Positions 1 to 10,662 of a DNA stretch of 64,000 nt are shown here, piece by piece. Origin of the DNA: Diplonema japonicum (taxonomy: Eukaryota; Protista; Euglenozoa: Diplonemea); contig OZ025672.1 of NCBI GenBank assembly GCA_964019335.1, positions 124,001-188,000 on the forward strand. Direction: 5' to 3'. A program made the translations under genes and the position numbers. Position 1 is the first letter of the stretch. Each line of letters opens with the position of its first letter. Under the pieces are notes generated by a model. That model saw only the letters and a list, made by a program, of their open reading frames with translations, was not told the DNA's origin and did no database searches.

Positions 1-73
1 CTTGCTGGTTTGCTATGTTGTAAAGGGGTTTAATTGTTTTCTTTCTTTCTCGGTATACAATAGCTGTACTTGA

Positions 74-100
74 AGAGAGAGAGAGAGAGAGAGAGAGAGA
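74..100. repeat. (GA)n microsatellite
   Basis: Uninterrupted AG dinucleotide run. Confidence 0.9.
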
Positions 101-583
101 AAACAGGTTTTTATTATAGGGGAAGTAGGCGGTATTACAGCTGATTACAATCTTCGGCTAGGAAATCGTTCATCTTTTTCAATACTCTTCCGTCCTCTGC
201 CTTTTAGAAAAAAGGTCGAGAGTTCCAGTGTGTTTTTGCTTGCGATTTACTCGACTACAAAAGGTGCTTGGACCGATGCACTTTACACTTGCATCAGGTC
301 ACCAGCCAAGCGCCCTTTGTAAAATCAAGATTCTGCCGTAAATTATGAAAGTTTGACAAAATGTAAGACTAAGAACAATGGCACAGGGGGGGTGAGGGGT
401 GAGGGTATGCCTCTTTTCAATCAGAGAAAGCTTTTAATACTTCTTCTTTTATCGTTTCCTTTTTTTTCTCTTTTCTTTCTCGTTTCTTTCCTACTTGCGT
501 CCCCTGGTACTTAAATGCGTGCAATGTGATCGTAAAGAGAAAGGAAGTTTGATTGGTAGTACATCGCTAGTGTCATGAGTTGG

Positions 584-2431
584 CTACTCGAAGGACTTGG
601 CCCGCTGTGCAAGAATAATAGCGGCCACACAACGGAAAAAGATGAAGATGCCCACCATGATGAGGGTGTAGATCCACCAGTCGTCACGGTTGATGTTCGA
701 GTTCTCAATAAGCTGTGCTGTCTCAGTGGCCGCAAACGTGTTGTTGCCAGGGATGTTCTTGTCTGCGAACTCAACAATCGACACCAATGCCACGCTGTAC
801 TTCAAGGGGCACACCCACTGAAGCCACCTCATGAACACAGGGATGGAATCAGAAGAGATGAAGAAGCCTGCGAACAAGATCTGCGGGACATAGATGGCGG
901 GTACAAGGTTCACAGCTGTCTCCGCCCTCGTCGTCGAGGCCCCCAACAGTAGCGCAGTCGAGGCCGACACAGAAGCCAGAAGGGTCAATGACAGAACAAT
1001 CAGAATGAAGTTCCCCTGAAGGTCCACCATGAAGTAAACCAGCACTGTTCCGAGAAGCTGCTGAACGAAACCAGCAGGAACATCGATGCAAGTCTTCGCA
1101 AGGAAGTAGGCGGCTGTCCCGTACGTCCCAACAGTGTACTCCCTGATGAACACAGCACGCTCAATGGGGAACACGAGAAGCATGGGTTGTGCCGACAAGA
1201 ACATAGCATTGATCGAGAAGAACACAAGAGCACCCCAATGGTTGTTCACATCCTTCGCCACCTCGTCACCAGTCACAGCATTGCCCCACTCATCACCAGC
1301 ACCAAGGAAGATGAGACCAATGAGGAGGGCGAGGATGATGCCCATCCCAAACCTAGCCATGAGGGTCATCTTGTCTCTGGTGAACTGGTGGAACTCCCTC
1401 CTCAGAAGGTGTGCGAACTGTGTGTAGAAGGGTGCCGCCTTGAAGTCCCACATCCCACCTGCACTGTTCATCCCATCGATCTCACTCCCCAACTTCATGG
1501 GTGTCACTGCAGCAATGAGGGGTTCGATCTCCTCATCACTGAGTGTTTGAAGCTTCTGCATCGCAAAGTCAGCAGGGTTGTAGTTGGGCTTGCAGTGGTG
1601 GCCCTGAGCGGCGAAGTGTTCTAAAATACCACCCACGGCACCATTGTACACAATCTGACCGAGCCTCAGGAACATCACACGGTGGAAGAGGTCGAACACC
1701 TCACTCGAAGGCTGATGGATCGTGCACACAATGGTGCATCCTTGCTCAGCAAGACCTTTCAAAACCTTGATCAGCTCAAAGGCATTGTGGGAGTCCAGCC
1801 CACTGGTTGGCTCATCAAGGAAGATGAGGGAGGGAGAGGAGATGAGCTCCACAGCAACAGCAGCCCTCTTCATCTCACCACCAGAAAGCCCAGGCATCAT
1901 CACAGAACCAATCATCGTGTCAGCACACCTCTGAAGACCGAGGGCATTGATCGCACCTTCCACCAGCTTCTCCCTCTCCTCGTCAGAACTGTCAGGAATC
2001 TTCAAAGCCGCTGTGAAGTGAAGACACTCCCTGGGTGTCTGTGTGGCGAAGAGGGCATCCTTTTGCATCACGTAGGCAAGTTTCTTCCTGTAGGTCTCGG
2101 GAGAAACTGCCTCACCGTTCAATGAAACCGTCCCGCTGGCTGTGCCGTAGGGTGCCCTCCCAGCAAGGACGTTCATGAGGGTGCTCTTCCCGGCACCAGA
2201 AGGGCCCATGATGGCGGTCAGCTCACCAGGACGGATCATTCCGGACACGTTCTTCAAGATCGTCTTCGTCTCGTTCTTCCCGATTGGGACGTCGAAGGTG
2301 AGCCCCTGCCATCTGAGGGTGATGGGCTCCGTGTCCTTCCCGTGGAAGGGAGACGGCGCAGAGTCCTCGAACTGTGCTTCTTCCTTCTGGGCTTCGACAT
2401 CATCGCCGGAGTAAGGAGCAGTCTCGACCAT
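584..2431 (-). CDS. ABCG-family half transporter, copy 1 of 7
   Basis: Walker A GPSGAGKST, signature LSGGE, Walker B IFLDE and H-loop TIHQP, followed by a hydrophobic TMD (NBD-TMD order of ABCG). ATG at 2431 (MVETAPY) lies downstream of a TTTTCACAG acceptor-like site. Confidence 0.95.
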   Translation of the reverse strand: MVETAPYSGDDVEAQKEEAQFEDSAPSPFHGKDTEPITLRWQGLTFDVPIGKNETKTILKNVSGMIRPGELTAIMGPSGAGKSTLMNVLAGRAPYGTASGTVSLNGEAVSPETYRKKLAYVMQKDALFATQTPRECLHFTAALKIPDSSDEEREKLVEGAINALGLQRCADTMIGSVMMPGLSGGEMKRAAVAVELISSPSLIFLDEPTSGLDSHNAFELIKVLKGLAEQGCTIVCTIHQPSSEVFDLFHRVMFLRLGQIVYNGAVGGILEHFAAQGHHCKPNYNPADFAMQKLQTLSDEEIEPLIAAVTPMKLGSEIDGMNSAGGMWDFKAAPFYTQFAHLLRREFHQFTRDKMTLMARFGMGIILALLIGLIFLGAGDEWGNAVTGDEVAKDVNNHWGALVFFSINAMFLSAQPMLLVFPIERAVFIREYTVGTYGTAAYFLAKTCIDVPAGFVQQLLGTVLVYFMVDLQGNFILIVLSLTLLASVSASTALLLGASTTRAETAVNLVPAIYVPQILFAGFFISSDSIPVFMRWLQWVCPLKYSVALVSIVEFADKNIPGNNTFAATETAQLIENSNINRDDWWIYTLIMVGIFIFFRCVAAIILAQRAKSFE

Positions 2432-2446
2432 TGTGGCAAAGTGTGT

Positions 2447-2465
2447 CTGTGAAAACAAATCGTTC
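2447..2465 (-). promoter_or_regulatory. Putative spliced-leader trans-splice acceptor (pyrimidine tract + CAG)
   Basis: Minus strand reads GATTTGTTTTCACAG 15 nt before the ABCG copy 1 ATG. Similar sites precede copine (45926) and Rav1 (60692). Confidence 0.45.
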
Positions 2466-2584
2466 AACAAAGAAGGATGAGGTGTTCAAATTAGGAAAAT
2501 AAAATAAGCAGTAAGAAAAAAGTACTTGAAACATAAACGAGAGGGATAGCAAGCACGACATTTCATGGGGTAGAATCACAGTTC

Positions 2585-2662
2585 ATGGGGTGCTGGCCTT
2601 TGACTCAGCAACCCATAGATGCGACAATTGGAGAGGTCTGCTGCTTGCTGGGTATTGACTAT
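2585..2662. repeat. Conserved intergenic motif of the ABCG array
   Basis: CTGGCC..AGCAACCCAYAGATGCGAC..TTGGAGAGGTC.GCTGCTTGCTGGGT is shared with 5155-5225. Bases 1-12 resemble its tail. Confidence 0.75.
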
Positions 2663-3156
2663 TACACCAAATAAGCTTTCTAGCCAAGTGTCAACCCTAG
2701 AGGGTTCTTTGAAAGCTGTTATGGTATAACACACAGGAGAGAGTTTTGACCTTTTTTTTTTTATATCTTTTTCGTCCTTTAAACAAGGTTGATGAAGAAC
2801 AAATTCTTCTTCCAACCAAGAATCTTATAACAGACTTTGCCTTTTTTCCTACATTTTACTTGATGCAAAAAGGACATTTGATATAATTCATTTAAAAACT
2901 ACAATGAAGAAGAACAGAGAGGGAGCGTGTTTAACACAGAATAAAATGGGGTGGGGAAGGGGGCGGGGAAATGCGCAGAAAGTGAAATCATTTTGTGTTC
3001 TGTTCGCAAAAGTGTATCTCGTTGTTGCGAAACCGACATTACTAAAATTAGTCGGGATTATCTGCAGCATATGGAAAAGAAGATTTTTAAAAAGCAAAAA
3101 CAGAATGCAATTGAAGCTTTAAGAACTGTTCGCAGCCACTGAGAGAAACTGGTTCC

Positions 3157-5004
3157 CTACTCGAAGGACTTGGCCCGCTGTGCAAGAATAACAGCGGCAA
3201 CAGAACGGAAGGCAATGAAGATGCCCACCAAGATAAGGGTGTAGATCCACCAGTCGTCACGGTTGATGTTAGCATTCTCAATAAGCTGTGCAGCCTCGTT
3301 CGTCGCAAACGTGTTGTTGTCAGGAAGGGCGCTGTCTGCGAACTCAACAGTGTACACCAATGCTACGGTGTACTTCAAGGGGCAGATCCACTGAACCCAC
3401 CTTATGAACTGTGGGATGGAATCAGAAGAGATGAAGAAGCCTGCGAAAAGGATCTGCGGGACATAGATGGCGGGTACAAGGTTCACAGCTGTCTCCGCCC
3501 TCGTCGTCGAGGCCCCCAACAGTAGCGCAGTCGAGGCCGACACAGAAGCCAGAAGGGTGAGTGCAAGAACAAGCAGAATGAAGTTCCCTTGAAAGTCAAC
3601 CAAAAAGTACAACACCACTGTTCCGAGAAGCTGCTGAACGAAACCAGCAGGAACATCGATGCAAGTCTTCGCAAGGAAGTAGGCGGCTGTCCCGTACGTC
3701 CCAACAGTGTACTCCCTGATGAACACAGCACGCTCAATGGGGAACACGAGAAGGAGGGGCTGCGCCGACAAGAACATCACATTGATAGCAAAGATAACCA
3801 AAGCACCAGAGTGGTTGTTCACATCCTTTGAAACCTCGTCACCAGTCTCAGCATTGCCCCACTCATCACCAGCACCAAGGAAGATGAGACCAATGAGGAG
3901 GGCGAGGATGATGCCCATCCCAAACCTAGCCATGAGGGTCATCTTGTCTCTGGTGAACTGGTAGAACTCCCTCCTCAAAAGGTGTGCGAACTGTGTGTAG
4001 AAGGGTGCCGCCTTGAAGTCCCACATCCCACTTGCACTGTTCATCCCATCGATCTCACTCCCCACCTTCATGGGTGTCACTGCAGCAATGAGGGGTTCGA
4101 TCTCTTTGTCGGTGAGTGTCTGAAGCTTCTGCATCGCAAAATCAGCAGGGTTGTAGTTGGGCTTGCAGTGGTGGCCCTGAGCGGCGAAGTGAGGAAGGAT
4201 CCCATCAATCTTACCGTTGTACACCATCTGACCGTACCTCAGGAACATCACACGGTGGAAGAGGTCGAACACCTCACTCGAAGGCTGGTGGATCGTGCAA
4301 ATAATAGTGCATCCTTGCTCAGCAAGACCTTTCAAAACCTTGATCAGCTCAAAGGCATTATGGGAGTCCAGCCCACTGGTTGGCTCATCAAGGAAGATGA
4401 GGGAGGGAGAGGAGATGAGCTCCACAGCAACAGCAGCCCTCTTCATCTCACCACCAGACAGCCCAGGCATCATCACAGAGCCAATCATCGTGTCAGCACA
4501 CCTCTGAAGACCGAGAGTCGTGATCGCACCATCCACCAGCTTCTCCCTCTCCTCGTCAGAACTGTCAGGAAGCTTCAAAGCCGCTGTGAAGTGAAGACAC
4601 TCCCTGGGTGTTTGTGTGGCGAAGAGGGCATCCTTTTGCATCACGTAGGCAAGTTTCTTCCTGTAGGTCTCGGGAGCAACCGCCTCACCGTTCAAGGAGA
4701 CTGTCCCGCTGGCTGTGCCGTAGGGTGCCCTCCCAGCAAGGACGTTCATGAGGGTGCTCTTCCCGGCACCAGAAGGGCCCATGATGGCGGTCAGCTCACC
4801 AGGACGGAGCATTCCGGACACGTCCTTCAGGATCGTCTTCGTCTCGTTCTTCCCGATTGGGACGTCGAAGGTGAGCCCCTGCCATCTGAGGGTGATGGGC
4901 TCTGTCTCCTTCCCGTGGAAGGGGGATGGCGAAGGGCTGTCGTTAGCGGGCTGGGCCTCGATGTCATTTGAGGCGTAGGGAGCGGTGTCGGGTGTGGTGG
5001 TCAT
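3157..5004 (-). CDS. ABCG-family half transporter, copy 2
   Basis: Same motifs as copy 1. ATG at 5004 (MTTTPDTAPY). Confidence 0.95.
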   Translation of the reverse strand: MTTTPDTAPYASNDIEAQPANDSPSPSPFHGKETEPITLRWQGLTFDVPIGKNETKTILKDVSGMLRPGELTAIMGPSGAGKSTLMNVLAGRAPYGTASGTVSLNGEAVAPETYRKKLAYVMQKDALFATQTPRECLHFTAALKLPDSSDEEREKLVDGAITTLGLQRCADTMIGSVMMPGLSGGEMKRAAVAVELISSPSLIFLDEPTSGLDSHNAFELIKVLKGLAEQGCTIICTIHQPSSEVFDLFHRVMFLRYGQMVYNGKIDGILPHFAAQGHHCKPNYNPADFAMQKLQTLTDKEIEPLIAAVTPMKVGSEIDGMNSASGMWDFKAAPFYTQFAHLLRREFYQFTRDKMTLMARFGMGIILALLIGLIFLGAGDEWGNAETGDEVSKDVNNHSGALVIFAINVMFLSAQPLLLVFPIERAVFIREYTVGTYGTAAYFLAKTCIDVPAGFVQQLLGTVVLYFLVDFQGNFILLVLALTLLASVSASTALLLGASTTRAETAVNLVPAIYVPQILFAGFFISSDSIPQFIRWVQWICPLKYTVALVYTVEFADSALPDNNTFATNEAAQLIENANINRDDWWIYTLILVGIFIAFRSVAAVILAQRAKSFE

Positions 5005-5154
5005 TTCCGGTTTTTTTTGTAACCTTGAGATGTAGATAAAAGGATCATAAAATAAAAAACATGAATGAGAGGAGTATTTAGAAAATTGAGTACTGAAGAC
5101 ACAGTAAGAGAGCAAGCAAGACTTCACATGGGATAGTTCACATTAGGACGGGGG

Positions 5155-5225
5155 AATACTGGCCCTTAGGCTAGCAACCCACAGATGCGACTTGGAGAGG
5201 TCGGCTGCTTGCTGGGTTTTGCCAA
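5155..5225. repeat. Second copy of the conserved ABCG intergenic motif
   Basis: Aligns by eye with 2585-2662 and sits at a similar distance (~150 nt) upstream of the ATG. Confidence 0.75.
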
Positions 5226-5860
5226 GTTATGCCTACAAAGCTGTAGACAAGGATACAACACGAATATTATTTCTTTTAGACATTTCAGCAGGTCTTGGAA
5301 GAAGATTTGTTTGTCTTTCCTCCAAAGTATCAAAATATGTTGTTGTGCATGATTACAGTGCTTCGTGTCCATTGAAAAAACAAACTACAAGTTGGGACGC
5401 ACAATGCAAGTATTGCATTGTTCGTACCTTCATCGTGTGTAAAGAAAACAGAGAGGGATAAATAAAAAGTGGGATCGAAAATGGAGGGAGGGGTTTTTTT
5501 TTTTGAACTTTGCTAAGGAGAGGTGAGATAAGTTGCCCTACCTCCACCCTACATCGCTTTGTTGTTGTAAAATATAAAAACTTAAAAGATAATAGGTTAA
5601 ACCCCATCACACGGTCCACTTATTTCTGATAATAACGTCATCCGTAGGGAGGGGCAAATGTATGGTCAACAAAGGGATGAAGGAGCAATAATCTCCCTAT
5701 GGGTAAGTTCTTTCTTTTTCCTTTTTTTCCTTTTTGACGATGACAAAACAATATAAGAATGATAATTGTGTGAAACACCAGTTTCTCAACCGCAAGTGAT
5801 ACCATCGAATGTTTTGCGTTGCGAAACCATTCTTCCAAGAAGCCTCAGTACTTGCTTGTT

Positions 5861-7729
5861 CTACTCGAAGGACTTGGCCCGCTGTGCAAGAACAAAGGCG
5901 GCAACAGAACGGAAAAAGATGAAGATGCCCACCATGATGAGGGTGTAGATCCACCAGTCGTCACGGTTGATGTTCGAGTTCTCAATAAGCTGTGTTGTCT
6001 CGTTGGCCGCAAACGTGTTGTTGTCAGGAAGGGCGCTGTCTGCAAACTCAACACAGTACGCCAAAGCCACACTGTACTTCAAGGGGCAGATCCACTGAAT
6101 CCACCTCATGAACTGTGGGATGGAATCAGAAGAGATGAAGAAGCCTGCGAAAAGGATCTGCGGGACATAGATGGCGGGTACAAGGTTCACAGCTGTCTCC
6201 GCCCTCGTCGTCGAGGCCCCCAACAGTAGCGCAGTCGAGGCCGACACAGAAGCCAGAAGGGTGAGTGCAAGAACAAGCAGAATGAAGTTCCCCTGAAGGT
6301 CGACCAAAAAGTACACAATCACTGTTCCGAGAAGCTGCTGAACGAAACCAGCAGGAACATCGATGCAAGTCTTTGCAAGGAAGTAGGCGGCTGTCCCGTA
6401 CGTCCCAACAGTGTACTCCCTGATGAACACAGCACGCTCAATGGGGAACACGAGAAGCATGGGTTGTGCCGCCAAGAACATCACATTGATAGCAAAGAAA
6501 ACCAGAGCACCAGAGTGGTTGTTCACATCCTTTGATACCTCGTCACCAGTCTCAGCATTGCCCCACTCATCACCAGCACCAAGGAAGATGAGACCAATGA
6601 GGAGGGCGAGAATGATGCCCATCCCAAACCTAGCCATGAGGGTCATCTTGTCTCTGATGAACTGGTAGAACTCCCTCCTCAAAAGGTGTGCGAACTGTGT
6701 GTAGAAGGGTGCTGCCTTGAAGTCCCACATTCCACTTGCACTGTTCATCCCATTGATCTCACTCCCCAACTTCATGGGTGTCACTGCAGCAATGAGGGGT
6801 TCGATCTCCTCATCACTGAGTGTCTGAAGCTTCTGCATCGCAAAGTCAGCAGGGTTGTAGTTGGGCTTGCAGTGGTGGCCCTGAGCGGCGAAGTGAGGAA
6901 GGATCCCATCAATCGCACCGTTGTACACAATCTGACCGTACCTCAGGAACATCACACGGTGGAAGAGGTCGAACACCTCACTCGAAGGCTGGTGGATCGT
7001 GCAAATAATAGTGCATCCTTGCTCAGCAAGAGCCTTCAAAACCTTGATCAGCTCAAAGGCATTGTGGGAGTCCAGCCCACTGGTTGGCTCATCAAGGAAG
7101 ATGAGGGAGGGAGAGGAGATGAGCTCCACAGCAACAGCAGCCCTCTTCATCTCACCACCAGACAGCCCAGGCATCATCACAGAGCCAATCATCGTGTCAG
7201 CACACCTCTGAAGACCGAGGGCATTGATCGCACCATCCACCAGCTTCTCCCTCTCCTCGTCAGAACTGTCAGGAAGCTTCAAAGCCGCTGTGAAGTGAAG
7301 GCACTCCCTGGGTGTTTGTGTGGCGAAGAGGGCATCCTTTTGCATCACGTAGGCAAGTTTCTTCCTGTAGGTCTCGGGAGCAACTGCCTCACCGTTCAAT
7401 GAAACCGTCCCGCTGGCTGTGCCGTAGGGTGCCCTCCCAGCAAGGACGTTCATGAGGGTGCTCTTCCCGGCACCAGAAGGGCCCATGATGGCGGTCAGCT
7501 CACCAGGACGGATCATCCCGGACACGTTCTTCAAGATCGTCTTCGTCTCGTTCTTCCCGATTGGGACGTCGAAGGTGAGCCCCTGCCATCTGAGGGTGAT
7601 TGCCTCCGTGTCCTTCCCGTGGAAGGGGGATGGCGAGGCGCTGTCGTTCTCGGGCTGGGCCTCGATGTCATTCGCGGCGTAGGGAGCGGTGTCGGGTGTG
7701 GTGGTCATGTTATTTTCTTCGATGGTCAT
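5861..7729 (-). CDS. ABCG-family half transporter, copy 3
   Basis: Same motifs. ATG at 7729 (MTIEENN) or 7708. Confidence 0.95.
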   Translation of the reverse strand: MTIEENNMTTTPDTAPYAANDIEAQPENDSASPSPFHGKDTEAITLRWQGLTFDVPIGKNETKTILKNVSGMIRPGELTAIMGPSGAGKSTLMNVLAGRAPYGTASGTVSLNGEAVAPETYRKKLAYVMQKDALFATQTPRECLHFTAALKLPDSSDEEREKLVDGAINALGLQRCADTMIGSVMMPGLSGGEMKRAAVAVELISSPSLIFLDEPTSGLDSHNAFELIKVLKALAEQGCTIICTIHQPSSEVFDLFHRVMFLRYGQIVYNGAIDGILPHFAAQGHHCKPNYNPADFAMQKLQTLSDEEIEPLIAAVTPMKLGSEINGMNSASGMWDFKAAPFYTQFAHLLRREFYQFIRDKMTLMARFGMGIILALLIGLIFLGAGDEWGNAETGDEVSKDVNNHSGALVFFAINVMFLAAQPMLLVFPIERAVFIREYTVGTYGTAAYFLAKTCIDVPAGFVQQLLGTVIVYFLVDLQGNFILLVLALTLLASVSASTALLLGASTTRAETAVNLVPAIYVPQILFAGFFISSDSIPQFMRWIQWICPLKYSVALAYCVEFADSALPDNNTFAANETTQLIENSNINRDDWWIYTLIMVGIFIFFRSVAAFVLAQRAKSFE

Positions 7730-8354
7730 TTTTAAGTTTGCAAAGTAACTGAGGTGTAGTGGCCGCGAGTGACAAGGAAAAATAAGAATTAAACAAAAGA
7801 TGAAATAAATGACTGTGGTTAGACACAAACAAAAGGGGGGGGGGGGGGAAGAACTGTAAAAACAAAAACTGACTAACGATGGATAAAGTACTGGAAAAAA
7901 GCTCGAATACACTCTCTTGCCTACCTTGTCATATTGGCCATTTGTCAGTTCGTTAATTTTTGTTTATACAGTATTTTAAAACAGACATCACAAGCTAGAA
8001 TATGCAATCGGAAGGTGTTTGAAGACTGGTAATCTTCAGCCAACCTGTGCAAGTAACGGTGTTCAAGGTTTTAAAACTGCAAACATAGAAAAAAAATCAC
8101 TATGATAGGAACGAAGTGGTTAGCAACGCCCCCCCCAAAAAAAAGTGAAAACACAAAGGGAACAAAAGAGAGGGAGAAAAAGAAAAAGCCCTGCGATACA
8201 TATATATTCTTCTTTTTTTTAAAAAAGGGGAAAGTAGGGCAAAAATCAAGTTGTAGGGAAGACAAAAAAGAACTAGAAAGGAAGAGTTCGGTAGTTAACA
8301 AAAAGTAGGGTTACCAGGTGGGGCGTGAGATTTCATCTCACATCTGGTGGGTTT

Positions 8355-10214
8355 TTACTGGAAGGATTGCGCCTTCTTGGCGAGGATTATTGCGGCAAAA
8401 GTACGGAGCAGAAGGAAAATGCCTACCAAGAATAGCATGTAGATCCACCAGTCGTCACGGCTCATGCTGCTATCCTTGATCAAGCGTGCAACCTCATCTC
8501 TTGCAAACGTGTTGTTGTCAGGAAGGGCGCTTTCTGCAAACTCAACACAGTACGTCAAAGCCACGCTGTACTTCAAGGGGCAGATCCACTGAATCCACCT
8601 CATGAACTCCGGGATGGACTCCGTAGAGACGAAGAAGCCTGCGAACAAAATCTGCGGGACATAGATGGCGGGTACAAGGTTGATAGCTGTCTCCGCCCTC
8701 GTCGTCGAGGCCCCCAACAGTAGCGCAGTCGAGGCCGACACAGAAGCCAGAGCAGTAAGCGACAAAACAAGTAGAATGAAGCTCCCCTGAAGATCTATTA
8801 TAAAGAAAATCAAAACTGCACCAAGAAGTACCTGCAAAAAACCAGCAGGAACATCGATGCAAGTCTTCGCAAGGAAGTAGGCGGCTGTCCCGTATGTCCC
8901 CGAAGTGTACTCCCTGATGAACACAGCACGCTCAATGGGGAACACGAGAAGGAGGGGCTGAGCCGACAGCATCATCACGTTGACAGTGTAGAGCACAAGA
9001 GCACCAGAGTGGTTTTTCACTTCTTTCGAAACATCTTCACCAGTCACAGCATTGCCCCACTCATTACCAGCACCAAGGAAGATGAGACTGACTAAAAGCG
9101 CCAAAATAAAACTCATAACGAACCTTGCCTTGAGGGTATTAACATCCCTGATGAACTGGTAGAACTCCCTCCTCAAAAGGTGTGCGAACTGTGTGTAGAA
9201 GGGTGCTGCCTTGAAGTCCCACATCTCACCTGCACTGTTCATCCCATCGATCTCACTCCCCAACTTCATGGGTGTCACTGCAGCAATGAGGGGTTCGATC
9301 TCCTCATCACTGAGTGTTTGAAGCTTCTGCATCGCAAAGTCAGCAGGGTTGTAGTTGGGCTTGCAGTGGTGGCCCTGAGCGGCGAAGTGTGGAAGGATCC
9401 CATCAATCGCACCGTTGTACACAAGTTGACCGAGCCTCAGGAACATCACACGGTGGAAGAGGTCGAACACCTCACTCGAAGGCTGGTGGATCGTGCAAAT
9501 AATAGTGCATCCTTGCTCAGCAAGACCTTTCAAAACCTTGATCAGCTCATAAGCATTGTGGGAGTCCAGCCCACTGGTTGGCTCATCAAGGAAGATGAGG
9601 GAGGGAGAGGAGATGAGCTCCACAGCAACAGCGGCCCTCTTCATCTCACCACCAGACAGCCCAGGCGCCAGCACAGAGCCAATCATCGTGTCAGCACACC
9701 TCTGAAGACCGAGGGCATTGATCGCACCATCCACCAGCTTCTCCCTCTCCTCGTCAGAACTGTCAGGAAGCTTCAAAGCCGCTGTGAAGTGAAGACACTC
9801 CCTGGGTGTTTGTGTGGCGAAGAGGGCATCCTTTTGCATCACGTAGGCAAGTTTCTTCCTGTAGGTCTCGGGAGCAACTGCCTCACCGTTCAAGGAGACC
9901 GTCCCGCTGGCTGTGCCGTAGGGTGCCCTCCCAGCAAGGACGTTCATGAGGGAGCTCTTCCCGGCACCAGAAGGGCCCATGATGGCGGTCAGCTCACCAG
10001 GACGGATCATTCCGGACACGTCCTTCAGGATCGTCTTCGTCTCGTTCTTCCCGATTGGGACGTCGAAGGTGAGCCCCTGCCATCTGAGGGTGATGGGCTC
10101 CGTGTCCTTCCCGTGGAAGGGGGTTGATGAGGGTTCGACGACATCTACCTGAGCTTCCTTTGGGGTGTGGTTCTCGGGCTCGCCAGCATAGGGGGCAGTG
10201 TTATTGGTAGTCAT
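8355..10214 (-). CDS. ABCG-family half transporter, copy 4 (divergent TMD)
   Basis: NBD is near-identical to the paralogues; TM1-TM4 and the C-terminus have diverged. Confidence 0.95.
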   Translation of the reverse strand: MTTNNTAPYAGEPENHTPKEAQVDVVEPSSTPFHGKDTEPITLRWQGLTFDVPIGKNETKTILKDVSGMIRPGELTAIMGPSGAGKSSLMNVLAGRAPYGTASGTVSLNGEAVAPETYRKKLAYVMQKDALFATQTPRECLHFTAALKLPDSSDEEREKLVDGAINALGLQRCADTMIGSVLAPGLSGGEMKRAAVAVELISSPSLIFLDEPTSGLDSHNAYELIKVLKGLAEQGCTIICTIHQPSSEVFDLFHRVMFLRLGQLVYNGAIDGILPHFAAQGHHCKPNYNPADFAMQKLQTLSDEEIEPLIAAVTPMKLGSEIDGMNSAGEMWDFKAAPFYTQFAHLLRREFYQFIRDVNTLKARFVMSFILALLVSLIFLGAGNEWGNAVTGEDVSKEVKNHSGALVLYTVNVMMLSAQPLLLVFPIERAVFIREYTSGTYGTAAYFLAKTCIDVPAGFLQVLLGAVLIFFIIDLQGSFILLVLSLTALASVSASTALLLGASTTRAETAINLVPAIYVPQILFAGFFVSTESIPEFMRWIQWICPLKYSVALTYCVEFAESALPDNNTFARDEVARLIKDSSMSRDDWWIYMLFLVGIFLLLRTFAAIILAKKAQSFQ

Positions 10215-10662
10215 CTTAGGGGGTTTAAACCTGTGTCCATGTTAGTACCATCAACAGTAAGCTGCATAAAATAACAGACAAAAAAAAAAGGAGAATAGAA
10301 AGGTAAAAAAGGTAAACTTAGCTTCTCAAGAGTTAGTATCACAGTCCGCAGTCGAAATAGAAATTCCATTTCACCCAATCGAAGCGGTTGCGACAGTTCA
10401 AGATGCATTCAAAACGTAGAAAAGTTAAAAATAAATTCTTGTGACCAAGATGGAAAGCCGAAGCAAATGAAACGGGGAGGATGAAAAGGAAGGGGAAAAG
10501 GAGCTTTTGGGAAAATATAACTGACTGAGCGTTAGTTTGCTAGACAGTCTTATTATTTCGGAGTATTCTTCGAATTCCTTCGAGAGACATATATCTCAAG
10601 TATGGAATTAATTCAATCTTTGTACAGTTTTAACACTGCGGTTTCGCACGCGCTTCTTTGTT

